Below are positions 1 through 9,649 of a DNA stretch of 64,000 bases, one piece after another (position 1 is the stretch's first letter; each line of letters opens with the position of its first letter). Origin of the DNA: Candidatus Latescibacterota bacterium (GTDB lineage: Bacteria > Latescibacterota > UBA2968 > GCA-2709665). The stretch lies in the NCBI GenBank assembly GCA_965203805.1, contig OZ241917.1:288001-352000 (forward strand), given 5' to 3'. The notes below the pieces were generated by a model. It was not told the origin of the DNA. It made no database searches and worked only from the letters and a program-made list of their open reading frames with translations. A program made the translations under genes and the position numbers.

Positions 1-816
1 GTAAATACGAGCGCCAAGCCCGTCCGGAAGGGTGCGCGGGAGGTTGTCGACGATCCCTCCGCCGGTGACGTGGGCCATCCCCCGTACGGACACGGCTTCC
101 ATGAGACCGAAGGCCGTCGACACGTAATTCCGGTGAGGCGCCAGCAGGGCTTCGCCAATAGTCGCGTCGAGTTCGGTAAGGTGGGTGTCCACGGTCCATC
201 CCGCGGTTTCGAAGAACAGCCTGCGCGCCAGGGAATACCCGTTTGTGTGAAGGCCGTACGACGGCAGACCGATGAGTTTGTCGCCCGCTTGAACCCTGGA
301 GCCGTCCAGAATGTCTTTCCTGTTGACAATGCCGATGATCGTCCCCGCCAGGTCGTATTCGCCTTCCGCGTAAAAATCGGGCATTTCCGCCATTTCGCCG
401 CCCAGCAGGGCGCATCCGCAGGCCTTGCATCCGTTTGCGATTCCCTCGATGACGGCCTCGGCGACGGAGGAATCGTGTTTCCCCATGGCGAGGTAGTCCA
501 GGAAGAAGAGCGGGCGCGCGCCCTGTACGAGAATGTCGTTGGCGCAGTGCGCCACGAGGTCGGCTCCAACCGTATTGTGGACACCGGTCATGAAAGCGAT
601 TTTGAGCTTCGTGCCCACGCCGTCCGTTCCGGCAACCAGGACCGGATCCCGGTACGCCTCCCACTGAGGAGCAAAAAGGCCGCCGAATCCACCGATGTCG
701 GTGAGGACTTCAGGGCCGAATGTCGATCGTACCAGGCTGCCAATGCCTTTTTTCGTTCGACTGGCGCGCTCGATGTCCACGCCGGCGGCGGCGTATGCGC
801 CCGGTTCTTCCGTCAT
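1..816 (-). CDS. purM: Phosphoribosylformylglycinamidine cyclo-ligase (AIR synthetase), 3' end truncated by window edge
   Basis: Manual minus-strand translation from ATG at 816: MTEEPGAYAAAGVDIE...DIGGFGGLFA, and near position 1 MAHVTGGGIVDNLPRTLP; these are PurM motifs. Absent from the ORF track because it runs off the edge. Confidence 0.93.
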   Translation of the reverse strand, partial: MTEEPGAYAAAGVDIERASRTKKGIGSLVRSTFGPEVLTDIGGFGGLFAPQWEAYRDPVLVAGTDGVGTKLKIAFMTGVHNTVGADLVAHCANDILVQGARPLFFLDYLAMGKHDSSVAEAVIEGIANGCKACGCALLGGEMAEMPDFYAEGEYDLAGTIIGIVNRKDILDGSRVQAGDKLIGLPSYGLHTNGYSLARRLFFETAGWTVDTHLTELDATIGEALLAPHRNYVSTAFGLMEAVSVRGMAHVTGGGIVDNLPRTLPDGLGARIY

Positions 817-915
817 CGGGTTTCCGTCCGTCGTTTGCTGATACTCAAGGGAGGTGTGACAGATTCGAATTTCGCATTCTCAGTCGGGCTTGCGATCCTA
901 TTCGGTTACACGGCG

Positions 916-1872
916 TTATTCCACGGCGCCGCACGCCTGCTGCGTTAAATGTCCGCGTGCCGCCGGGAGGCCGGGATTCCCACCGGGCGTCGCGCTGTCT
1001 GCGCCGGCGGCCGCAACGATCTGTTCCGCGACTCGCACTGCGCGAACGGCTGCGGCAACGTCGTGCACGCGCAACATGTGAGCCCCGGCGGCCACAGAGA
1101 GACCCACCGCGGCCAGCGTGCCTTCCAGCCGTTCTCCCGGCGGAAGTTCCAGCGCGGCGCCGAGGAATTTTTTGCGTGACGGGCCCACCAGCAGTGGGCA
1201 GCCGAGGCCGTGGAATTCGTCCAGACGGGCGAGGATTTCAAAGTTATGGGAATTTCGTTTTCCGAATCCCAGGCCCGGGTCGATCAGTATGCGGTCGGGA
1301 GCTATCCCGGCGTCCAGGGCTGCGGACCGGCGAGTGTCGAGAAAGTCGATCACCTCACGCAGCATGTTACCGTACGTCGGCTTGATCTGCATGGTTCGGG
1401 GCGTACCTTTCATGTGCATAAGCACAACCGCCGCGCCCGATTGTGCGACGGTTTCGGGCATCAGGGAGTCGAATCGCATCGCGCTTATGTCATTGACGAT
1501 GCGCGCGCCCGACGCTATCGCTTTTCGCGCGACTGCCGCTTTGGTGGTGTCTACGGAGATGATGAGATCGTTTCTGGACGCGATTGCTTCGATCACGGGC
1601 GCGGTACGCCGGATTTCCTCTTCAGTCGAAACGGGATGGGCTCCCGCGCCGTATGTGCCGGCTGGACGGCTGGATTCACCGCCTACGTCGATGATGTCCG
1701 CCCCTTCTTCGACCATCCTGAGCGCGCGTTCAACGGCCGGCTGCGGCTCGAAATAACGTCCGCCGTCGGCGAAAGAGTCGGGCGTGACGTTGAGAACACC
1801 CATGATCAGGGTTCGTGAACCCAGGTGCAGGACATTATCCCGGCAAACGAGCCGACGAGAGGGGGATTTCAT
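916..1872 (-). CDS. folP: Dihydropteroate synthase
   Basis: MGVLNVTPDSFADGG, DVGGESSRP, IDPGLGFGK, SRKKF and LRVHDV motifs. Start uncertain (ORF is open to 1926). Confidence 0.95.
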   Translation of the reverse strand: MKSPSRRLVCRDNVLHLGSRTLIMGVLNVTPDSFADGGRYFEPQPAVERALRMVEEGADIIDVGGESSRPAGTYGAGAHPVSTEEEIRRTAPVIEAIASRNDLIISVDTTKAAVARKAIASGARIVNDISAMRFDSLMPETVAQSGAAVVLMHMKGTPRTMQIKPTYGNMLREVIDFLDTRRSAALDAGIAPDRILIDPGLGFGKRNSHNFEILARLDEFHGLGCPLLVGPSRKKFLGAALELPPGERLEGTLAAVGLSVAAGAHMLRVHDVAAAVRAVRVAEQIVAAAGADSATPGGNPGLPAARGHLTQQACGAVE

Positions 1873-2153
1873 GTAACGCATGGAAAAGCCGGACATGCGA
1901 AAGGGATGGCAAAGTGACACGACCATTTACCATCCCCCGGTGAGAATCGAGATCCGCGTTTGACGTTGAATCGTCAGTCTTCGGGGACGTTGACTTGAAT
2001 ATATACTGACGGATAAAGGCGATTTGACATCGGATTTCCAGGATGCTTGAGGTCAATGACGTGTAGGGAAAAAGTGTCCGTCCGGTTGACCCTTCCGGCC
2101 CGTTTCGGAAGGTTTCGTCGCAATGCCGCGTTGCTGTATTTTTCGAATTATCG

Positions 2154-4301
2154 CTAATCGTCGTTATCGGAAGCTTCCCGAGATTCGGCGGTCCCTTCCT
2201 CCGCGGCGGGTGCGTCCGAATCCTCCGCGTCGGCAGTTGCGTCCTGTTTGGGCCGTCCGTTGTGAGATTCCGACGGTTCAGGCGGCTTTTGCAACTTCTC
2301 TCCAGCGAGAATGCGGTCGAGCTGGGAGTCGTCGAGCACTTCGAACTCCAGCAGCGCGTCGGCCAGCACGTGGACCTGGGCGATATTCTCCCGCAGCAGG
2401 GATTCCGCCCGTTCCTCCGCGGTCAGGACGAAGCTGCGGATTTCGTCGTCGATGACTTGCGCGACTTTTTCGCTGAAATCCCGGCGCTGGGCCATTTCCC
2501 GGCCCAGGAAGACCTCGTCCTGTCTGTTGCCGTAGGAAATAGGACCGAGCTTGTCGCTCATGCCCCAGTCGCAGACCATCCTGCGGGCCAGGTCCGTGGC
2601 CATCTTGTAGTCCTGCTGCCCGCCGCTGGATACTTCTCCAAACACGATTTTCTCCGCTACCCGCCCACCCAACGCGTAGGTGAGAACAGCGTCGCTGTAG
2701 CTCCTGGAATAGTTGTGGCGTTCGTCGATCGGCAGATACGTGGTCAGGCCGAGGGATTGGCCGCGGGGAATAATCGTGACTTTATGCACCGGATCGGACT
2801 CGGGAACGAGCTTGGCCACCAGCGCGTGACCGATCTCGTGATATGCCGTGCGCTTCTTTTCCGAGTCGGAGATGACCAGGCTGCGCCTTTCCACGCCCAT
2901 AATGACCTTGTCTTTCGCATTCTCGAAGTCTTCCATAACCACGGAGGTCCGGTCGTACCTGGAGGCGAGCAGGGCCGCCTCGTTCACCAGATTCTCCAGG
3001 TCGGCCTGCGTGAAGCCGGGCGTGGCGCGGGCAAGCACGGCCAGGTCCACGTCCTTGTCCAGGGGCGTATTCCGGATGTGGACCTTCAGCACGCCTTCCC
3101 TGCCCTTGACGTCGGGCCGGTCCACAACGACCTGCCGGTCGAAACGGCCCGGTCGCAGAAGCGCCGGATCGAGTACGTCCGGCCGGTTGGTCGCCGCAAT
3201 GAGAATGACGCCTTCCTTGGAGTCGAATCCGTCCATCTCAACCAGCAACTGGTTGAGCGTCTGCTCCCGCTCGTCGTGGCCTCCGCCGATGCCGGCGCCG
3301 CGGTGCCGCCCGACTGCGTCGATTTCGTCGATGAAAATGATGCACGGCGCATTGGCCTTGCCCTGTTCGAACAGGTCTCGTACGCGGGAGGCGCCGACAC
3401 CCACGAACATCTCGACGAAGTCGGAGCCGCTCATACTGTAAAACGGCACCCCGGCCTCGCCGGCCACGGCTTTCGCCATGTACGTCTTGCCGGTACCCGG
3501 CGGCCCGACGAGGAGGACGCCCTTGGGGATCCTGCCGCCGAGCCTCTGGAATTTCCGGGGATCCTTGAGATACTCGATGATTTCCTGGAGTTCCTGTTTG
3601 GCCTCGTCGGATCCGGCAACGTCTTTAAACGTGACTTTCGGGCGGTCTTCCGAAACCAGCTTCGCCCTGCTCTTGCCGAAGCTGAACGCGCCTTTCGGAC
3701 CTCCCTGCATCTGCCGGAAGATGAACAGCCAGAGGCCGACGAAGAGCAGCCACGGCAGGAAGTTGAAGAACACCTTCAACCAGTCGAAGGGTTTATCCTG
3801 GAACCGAAAGTCGATCTCGTACTTTTCCCAGTCGGCTATTGCCTCTTCGCCGATGACGCCCAGGTTGACCACAAAGGTGCGGTATGCCTGTTGCGAGCCC
3901 CGGCTGGTTGCATATTCGGGTTCGCGCAGCGTACCATAGAAATCACTGTCGATGATGACGGCGCTTTCAATCTTGCCCTGTTTCATCAGCGTTCTGTATT
4001 CCTTATAGCTCAGGACCACCTCGCCCGAGCCGGTACTGCTTCCGAAGAACCGGGTCGCGAACAGGGCGACCAGGACAAAAAAGACCCAGAACGCAAGCGT
4101 CTTTGAGCGTCGACGCCACTCGCTGCCGTTGTTCTCGGGACCGGACCCGGGCTCCCGGTTGTGGCGCGGCCGCGGCCGGTTCCGCGGCGTCTCGGGCGCG
4201 TCCCGGTCCCCGTCGGATTCAGGTTTCAGTTCCGGCGCAGGCGGCTTCATTTCCTTCGGTTCCGCGGCCGGAGTCTCTTCCTGGTCTTTGCGATCTGCCA
4301 T
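2154..4301 (-). CDS. ftsH: ATP-dependent zinc metalloprotease FtsH
   Basis: Two TM segments, Walker [29 protein letters not shown] zinc motif. Start chosen at MADRKDQ. Confidence 0.97.
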   Translation of the reverse strand: MADRKDQEETPAAEPKEMKPPAPELKPESDGDRDAPETPRNRPRPRHNREPGSGPENNGSEWRRRSKTLAFWVFFVLVALFATRFFGSSTGSGEVVLSYKEYRTLMKQGKIESAVIIDSDFYGTLREPEYATSRGSQQAYRTFVVNLGVIGEEAIADWEKYEIDFRFQDKPFDWLKVFFNFLPWLLFVGLWLFIFRQMQGGPKGAFSFGKSRAKLVSEDRPKVTFKDVAGSDEAKQELQEIIEYLKDPRKFQRLGGRIPKGVLLVGPPGTGKTYMAKAVAGEAGVPFYSMSGSDFVEMFVGVGASRVRDLFEQGKANAPCIIFIDEIDAVGRHRGAGIGGGHDEREQTLNQLLVEMDGFDSKEGVILIAATNRPDVLDPALLRPGRFDRQVVVDRPDVKGREGVLKVHIRNTPLDKDVDLAVLARATPGFTQADLENLVNEAALLASRYDRTSVVMEDFENAKDKVIMGVERRSLVISDSEKKRTAYHEIGHALVAKLVPESDPVHKVTIIPRGQSLGLTTYLPIDERHNYSRSYSDAVLTYALGGRVAEKIVFGEVSSGGQQDYKMATDLARRMVCDWGMSDKLGPISYGNRQDEVFLGREMAQRRDFSEKVAQVIDDEIRSFVLTAEERAESLLRENIAQVHVLADALLEFEVLDDSQLDRILAGEKLQKPPEPSESHNGRPKQDATADAEDSDAPAAEEGTAESREASDNDD

Positions 4302-4324
4302 AAATACCGCCTCGACGAACTTGC

Positions 4325-5749
4325 TTAAGAGGAAGCGATTACGTGTCCCCAACCACCCCTGAAGGTGACGTCCAGCACAGTTTCTGCCCGATGGGTGACG
4401 GCCGTTGGACGGGCCGTACGCAAGCCGACCACCCAAAGGATGGCCTTCCCGTCCATAAGCAGCGGGATTTCGTCACGCAACGGCCTGGGAATCTTGAGGT
4501 TGATAAACAGGTCGCTGATTTTTTTCGTTCCATTCAGGCCGAACGGCGCGAAACGGTCCGCCCGGCGCCGGTTTCTCAGTGTCAGGCCGCCGGCAAGCGT
4601 ATCCCGGTCGAAACAGGCGCGAAACGGATCGCTCGTCAGATCATGCGCTCGCACCTGGCTGGCTGGACGGATCCTCGTCTCCAGGACGGCGCCGATTTCC
4701 GGAATTTCGGTGACGCCCGGAACCGCCACTTCGGTCTCGAACGCCGGCGTTGGCCGACTCACGATCAGCCATGGGCCGGCACGATGAACGGAGATACCGG
4801 AAGCTGCCTGAACCGCGCCGGCAGGTGCATGACGCAGGGAATCCATGCGCCTGACACTCTGCTCGTCCAGGTCTCGCGCACAGCCTCGAAGTCGAAAAAA
4901 GGCCGTTCTGAAAATCCTGCGTCGAAGTGCTATATGATAACCGAAAACGGCGTTTTCATCAAGAATTATTTTTCGCTTGCCCTCGTAGCGAAGAGCCTTT
5001 CGGTAGGCCGATTCCGCCTGCAGATCGAGCAGTTGATCTTCCCCCTGGATGATCTCCGCGGACCTTGCCAGGGCCGCCTCGATGTCGGGGTTGTATTCCG
5101 ACGCGAGCTTCGGCAGGAGACGATGCCGGATCCGGTTCCTGAGAAAGCGGTCATCCGCGTTGGAATCGTCGCGGCGCACGCGCAGGCTCCGGTGGTCCAC
5201 ATAGGCCTCGATCTGTTGGCGCGAAACCGTCAGGAGGGGGCGGATCCAGATGCCGTCGCGGATCGGTCTGATCGCGCCCAACCCGGTCGGACCGGCGCCG
5301 CTGAACAGGCGCATCAGTACAGTTTCGGCCTGATCGCTGCGTGTATGGCCCAATGCGATCCGCGCGGCGCCCGCGGTCCGCATTACGCGTTCTAGAAACG
5401 CGAGGCGCGCTTCGCGGGCAGCCGCTTCCGGAGAGCCCCTCATCACCACGGTGGCGCGCTCCGAATAGAACGGGAGACCCATCGAGGCGGCGAGGTCTCT
5501 TACGAATCGCTCGTCCATATCGGATGCCGCGCCCCTGAGTTGATGGTTGAGGTGGGCCACGCAGAGCCGGATATCGAGAGATTCGCGAAGCCTGAACAGC
5601 AGATCCAGAAGCGATACGGAGTCCGGCCCGCCCGATACGCCGATCACAATCCTGTCCCCGCCCCGGATCATCTCGTGCCGGTCAATGTGGGAATGCACGG
5701 ACTGGAGCAGGTCGGGAGGATCGGAGTCGGGTTTTTTTTTCGGATCCAT
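4325..5749 (-). CDS. tilS: tRNA(Ile)-lysidine synthetase
   Basis: PP-loop [28 protein letters not shown] and TilS C-terminal domain; tilS-ftsH-folP synteny. Confidence 0.95.
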   Translation of the reverse strand: MDPKKKPDSDPPDLLQSVHSHIDRHEMIRGGDRIVIGVSGGPDSVSLLDLLFRLRESLDIRLCVAHLNHQLRGAASDMDERFVRDLAASMGLPFYSERATVVMRGSPEAAAREARLAFLERVMRTAGAARIALGHTRSDQAETVLMRLFSGAGPTGLGAIRPIRDGIWIRPLLTVSRQQIEAYVDHRSLRVRRDDSNADDRFLRNRIRHRLLPKLASEYNPDIEAALARSAEIIQGEDQLLDLQAESAYRKALRYEGKRKIILDENAVFGYHIALRRRIFRTAFFRLRGCARDLDEQSVRRMDSLRHAPAGAVQAASGISVHRAGPWLIVSRPTPAFETEVAVPGVTEIPEIGAVLETRIRPASQVRAHDLTSDPFRACFDRDTLAGGLTLRNRRRADRFAPFGLNGTKKISDLFINLKIPRPLRDEIPLLMDGKAILWVVGLRTARPTAVTHRAETVLDVTFRGGWGHVIASS

Positions 5750-6003
5750 GGTGGCATTGCGCGAAAGTGCAGGCACAGACGGCAAAGGGTGCCTTGCCGG
5801 GTGTCCGACGTGACCCCGTGCGGCGAGTGAAGTCAGATCCGGAAGCATGCGGATTGTCTGCATTTCAACTGTTAGACGCCGCAGAAATCGGTTCGGTTTC
5901 TGAAAAACCGGCGCCGGTCGGTCTATCTGTAACGAACTATAGACTTTTGCGCGCTGCAGCCGGGCCCGACATAATGGATGTTCCATGATATCGGGGAAAG
6001 AAA

Positions 6004-6037
6004 AGAAAAAACACGCTGATTTCAGCGTGTTTTTTCT
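6004..6037. terminator. Intrinsic terminator after the redoxin operon (possibly bidirectional)
   Basis: AGAAAAAACACGCTGA-TT-TCAGCGTGTTTTTTCT inverted repeat with A/T tracts on both sides, 20 nt downstream of the 6058 stop. Confidence 0.8.
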
Positions 6038-6057
6038 ACGTAATGACTACCTTCAAT

Positions 6058-7038
6058 TCAGGGCACGCGTTTGCCGAAGTTTTTCGCGAATTCCAGAAAG
6101 TCGCGAAAGTCGACCAGCCCGCTTCCGTCAAGGTCGAAGGTGGCGTTGTCGGTGTTGAAGGCCTGTGCGAATGCGATGAAGTCGCTGAATCCGATTTCGC
6201 CGTCATTGTCGAAGTCGGCCCGGGGATTGACGGGGACGATGACGGCCGTTCCGGAGAACGAGACGGTAATGCTGCGGTTTTCAGGGTCGTTGCTCAGAAT
6301 TGTGAGGGTGCCGGAGAATGGACCGCCCTCCGAGGGTGTAAAGGTGATATCGACGGTCCCGCTGTCGCCGGGCGCGACCATGAGTCTCGTGCGGCTGAAC
6401 GTGACGCCCTCGAGGTCGGACTCCATGTTCGAAATCCTGAGGGGCTCCCCTCCGGTATTCTTCACGACGAGGGTAAGGGTCCTGGCTTCTCCGGCGGGAA
6501 CGTCCTCGCCTAAGTCGAGAGATGTATTGGCGAGGCTGATTGCCGGCGGCGCGACGGCCAGCAATCCCCGGATACTCGTCGCCGCGGCGCTGAGACCGGA
6601 AGCGCCGCGGCCGATGTGCCGGACGATCCCTTCACGGTCCGCGACCAGCATCGTGTGGGTCCCGTGAGATCCCCTGACACTGCCTGCCTTAAGCAGGAGG
6701 GGAAACGTGATCGAAGTCGTTGATTGAAATCCTTGAAGTTGGGACTGACTGCCATTGTAGATGTCGAGCCCCAGGACCGCAACGCCGTCATCCTGGAACG
6801 CCTTCCAGATCTGCTGTTCAATGGACGGACCCGCCGCCCTGCAGGTGGGTCAGTTGTGGCCCAGGTAATAGAGAACCAGAATGCTGCCCTTGTAATTCGC
6901 GGTGGCGTAGGTTTTCCCGTCCAGCCCCGTCAGCGAGAAGGTGGGCGCCGCGTCTCCGACACTCTGGGCTTCGGCGGGTTCCGGCGGGTTGAGTCCGAAG
7001 AGCAGAAGAAACACAAGGCACGTCGCGATTCGACTCAT
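6058..7038 (-). CDS. Predicted exported selenoprotein (326 aa): signal peptide, thioredoxin-fold redoxin with UxxC (Sec63), Ig-like domain, dockerin/EF-hand-like tail
   Basis: ORFs 6850-7038 and 6058-6651 share a frame. The only stop between them is TGA 6852-6850, in ...VLYYLGHN-U-PTC-RAAGPSIEQQIWKAFQDDGVAVLGLDIYNG... RBS AAGGAGG; SECIS-like hairpin immediately 3'; C-terminal DFDNDGEIGFSDF / DLDGSGLVDFRDF repeats. Confidence 0.85.
6823..6839 (-). promoter_or_regulatory. Candidate bacterial SECIS element
   Basis: mRNA reads UGA-CCCACCUGCA-GGGCGG-CGGGU-CCGUCC: a 6-bp stem with one G-U pair, a 5-nt loop 16 nt after UGA, and G at loop position 2. Confidence 0.7.
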
Positions 7039-7071
7039 CGAAGGCCTCCTTTAAGAAAGTGAAGGTTTGTG

Positions 7072-8655
7072 TCAGAAATAGGTCTTAAAACGCATTTCAA
7101 GTCCATTGAACGGCAATACCTGATAGCATGTCCCCGATGTACACGCGGCGCCGCCCCGCCTCCGGCCGGCGAAGACGAGGGCTTCGTATCTGTCGAGGAA
7201 GGCGGCGTTGAGATTGACCGCCACCCAGGTCCGCGACCCGGTTTCGATCCGGTCCGTCGTGGCGCTATCATCCACTTCGAACGGGTCGTTGGTGCGATCC
7301 AGAACGAGAGCGGCCCCCACGCCCGAGGGATGCTGGAATGAAAACTGGGCATACACGTCACGGAACGTCGGCTCGTTTCGGGGAAGCCTTGCCGCGCGTC
7401 GGACCTGCAGATCGAAGCCCGTGACAGCCCCGCCGGGTGCGATGGACTCGATTCCCGCGCCGGCAATCCTGTGCATTCGGATGCCCTTCAATTCGTCTTT
7501 GCCCCAATCCACGAACAGGCTGGTCGAAATCGCGCGGCCGTGGTCTTCCGGGTGGTGGTCGATGTCCAGGCCGACGTACCGTTCATTGAAAGTCGTCGCG
7601 AATCCGGGCGCCAGTTCGTTCTTCCCCTTACTGATGTTTGCCGTCAGCGTCCCCAGCCCGAAAATCGAATACGTGGCCTCCGCCTGATAGCCCGTTTCCG
7701 TATCGGCAATCAGGGCATGGGTGGCCCGGTTGAGCAGGACGGCCGAGTGTTCGCGGACCAGGGAAGGGGGATCGTTGAAACTGAAGGCGAAATTCTCATA
7801 GTCCTTGTATTCCAGGCTGAGACCCAGGTTGGAAATCCCGGCGTTTGCCGAAAGATACAGAGCGCTGCCGTCCACGTGCACGTCGTTCAGCCCTGCGTAT
7901 TCCGCGTATACGGTCGCGTACAGGTCAGAGAATCCGGATGCTTCAAATGCCGGCGTGACGTCCAGCTCCAGGAAACCCGACCACGATCGGGTCGAATCAA
8001 GCCCGGAGGCGTGGTGACTGACGGCCGTAACACCGGCCTTAATTTGGCTGGCAGGCTGAAGCGAGACCTCGCCTCCGACCAGCCAGCTATCGCGCCGCGG
8101 CAGGTCCTGGAGCGGGTTGCCCACTCGAACCGCGGGCGGAATGTCACTTAATACGGGTCGCCCGATCAGGGCTTTGGCCCCGGCCCGCGGCCCCGTCCAG
8201 GTGGCCATGCCTCCCTCGAGGTCTCGCGAAGGCGAATAGCGTCGCCGGTATTGCCCGCTCTCCAGAATTACGCCCGGCAGATCGAATGCCCTGAGCGTGA
8301 TACCCCGACCCAGGATGGCATAGTAGTTGCCCGCAACCAGTTCGGCGGGTCCATGGGTCCACCGCAGTTGTTTCTGGGCCAGATGCACAACCTGGTATTC
8401 GACCTGTGAAAGCGGCGAGTCGCGACCGGTGTTGCGCCATGCGTTGAAAATCTCGGCCTGCAGGCCCGCCTGAAATTCACCCCGGGTGTAACTGATATCG
8501 AACTGTTCGTAAAGGTTCGAAATTGCAAGCGAATCCGAGCCCGGTACGCGTCCCCGCTGGACTTCGGTCAGGCTGGATGCAGTCACCTGCGCGACCGCGG
8601 GCTGCGCCGTCGACAGCAGTATTGGCACGATCAGGTTATTGATCAGCGCTCGCAT
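7072..8655 (-). CDS. Outer-membrane beta-barrel protein, DUF6029-like, with C-terminal CxxGxC motif
   Basis: Signal peptide, alternating amphipathic beta strands, GNYYAILGRGITLR, EYKDY, GGAACTSGTCYQVLPFNG and a terminal Phe. Family name is by recognition, not by search. Confidence 0.7.
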   Translation of the reverse strand: MRALINNLIVPILLSTAQPAVAQVTASSLTEVQRGRVPGSDSLAISNLYEQFDISYTRGEFQAGLQAEIFNAWRNTGRDSPLSQVEYQVVHLAQKQLRWTHGPAELVAGNYYAILGRGITLRAFDLPGVILESGQYRRRYSPSRDLEGGMATWTGPRAGAKALIGRPVLSDIPPAVRVGNPLQDLPRRDSWLVGGEVSLQPASQIKAGVTAVSHHASGLDSTRSWSGFLELDVTPAFEASGFSDLYATVYAEYAGLNDVHVDGSALYLSANAGISNLGLSLEYKDYENFAFSFNDPPSLVREHSAVLLNRATHALIADTETGYQAEATYSIFGLGTLTANISKGKNELAPGFATTFNERYVGLDIDHHPEDHGRAISTSLFVDWGKDELKGIRMHRIAGAGIESIAPGGAVTGFDLQVRRAARLPRNEPTFRDVYAQFSFQHPSGVGAALVLDRTNDPFEVDDSATTDRIETGSRTWVAVNLNAAFLDRYEALVFAGRRRGGAACTSGTCYQVLPFNGLEMRFKTYF

Positions 8656-9175
8656 CGGAGTCTGCCTCGTCGTCGGTGCCGGAGTCGGGGAAAAGCGCTT
8701 CGACTGCAGCCAGCAACACATCGGCGTTTTTCGAATTGTATCCGACCTGCCGCAGCGCAATTTCACCATCCGGCGTGATCAGCAGCGTCGTGGGAAGGAC
8801 GTTCACCTGCATTCGCCGCATCACCGCGCTGTCGGAGTCGAGGGCGATGGGGAAGCTGACCTTTCGCGCCCTGAGGAACGGTTTCACCCTGTTCTGTCCG
8901 CGCGGACCGTCCACGTTGACGCCAAGAACCGTGAGCCCGGATTTTCCATATTTCTCGTGGATCTTCTGGAGCTTGGGCATTGCCTTGATGCAAGGCTTGC
9001 AGTAGGTCGCCCAGAAGTCCAGGAGCACGGGACCCTTTGCCAGCAGGGTCTTGAGGTTGACCCGTTCGCCCCGCAGGTTCCGGAGATTGAAATCGGGGGC
9101 GGGGGCGGCGTTCACGGATGCGGAAATCAGCGTGATTGAGGCGGCAAGAGCCAACGATTGAACGGTCGATTTCAT
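8636..9175 (-). CDS. TlpA/ResA-family thiol-disulfide oxidoreductase, exported
   Basis: Signal peptide, APDFNL, LDFWATYCKPC, LPTTLLI. Confidence 0.9.
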   Translation of the reverse strand: MKSTVQSLALAASITLISASVNAAPAPDFNLRNLRGERVNLKTLLAKGPVLLDFWATYCKPCIKAMPKLQKIHEKYGKSGLTVLGVNVDGPRGQNRVKPFLRARKVSFPIALDSDSAVMRRMQVNVLPTTLLITPDGEIALRQVGYNSKNADVLLAAVEALFPDSGTDDEADSDASADQ

Positions 9176-9649
9176 CGGTCGAATCTTCCCCTCGCAAGAT
9201 AGCGGTGGTACGAGGATGTTGCCGTTACTCTGAAGGACCCCCCGCGCGTCTGCCCGGTTCCGGAATCCACGCTGCCGCGCACAATGCACGGTGGTCCGGA
9301 TCAACGTCGAATTGCCTAACAATAACCGAAAGATCGCGGCGCATCAAGCGCTATTTTGCTTTGTTTCATAAGTACCTTTCAGGCGGCATAGCAGTCTGGC
9401 GCCTGAAAACCCGGCGGGAGTAACGACGATCTCGATTCCAACGATCCGTTTCCGCTTGCCGCGCTTTTCCGTTCGATCTATATTGTACGAATCGACCGCA
9501 ACCGCGGGCGCCCGCGGTTGCGGAAACAACAATGCTCTGAAGTCGTCAGGATCGTGTAACGCGTTCGATTGCGGGGCGTCTCTAGCGTAACCGGACACCG
9601 GGCCGTCCGTTTTGCGGACGGTCGTTGAATTTCAGGGGAAGGGCTCGCC

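Noticed and set aside
70-948. 292-aa + strand ORF
   Set aside because: Antisense shadow of purM, which is clearly encoded on the minus strand.
2262-4106. 614-aa + strand ORF and similar long antisense ORFs (e.g. 48298-49863, 30394-31656, 39132-40337)
   Set aside because: They mirror well-supported genes on the opposite strand, as expected in high-GC coding DNA, and show no motifs.
4302-4436. N-terminal extensions of ftsH (also tilS to 5986, TlpA to 9322, barrel to 8769, rho to 58110)
   Set aside because: Longest-ORF artefacts; they overlap neighbours or promoters, and downstream starts fit the family N-termini or signal peptides better.
6850-6852. Alternative genetic code (TGA = Trp/Gly) as the explanation for the in-frame TGA
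   Set aside because: Many conserved genes here end properly at TGA (ruvB, valS, metG, recO), and I saw no other gene with an internal TGA.
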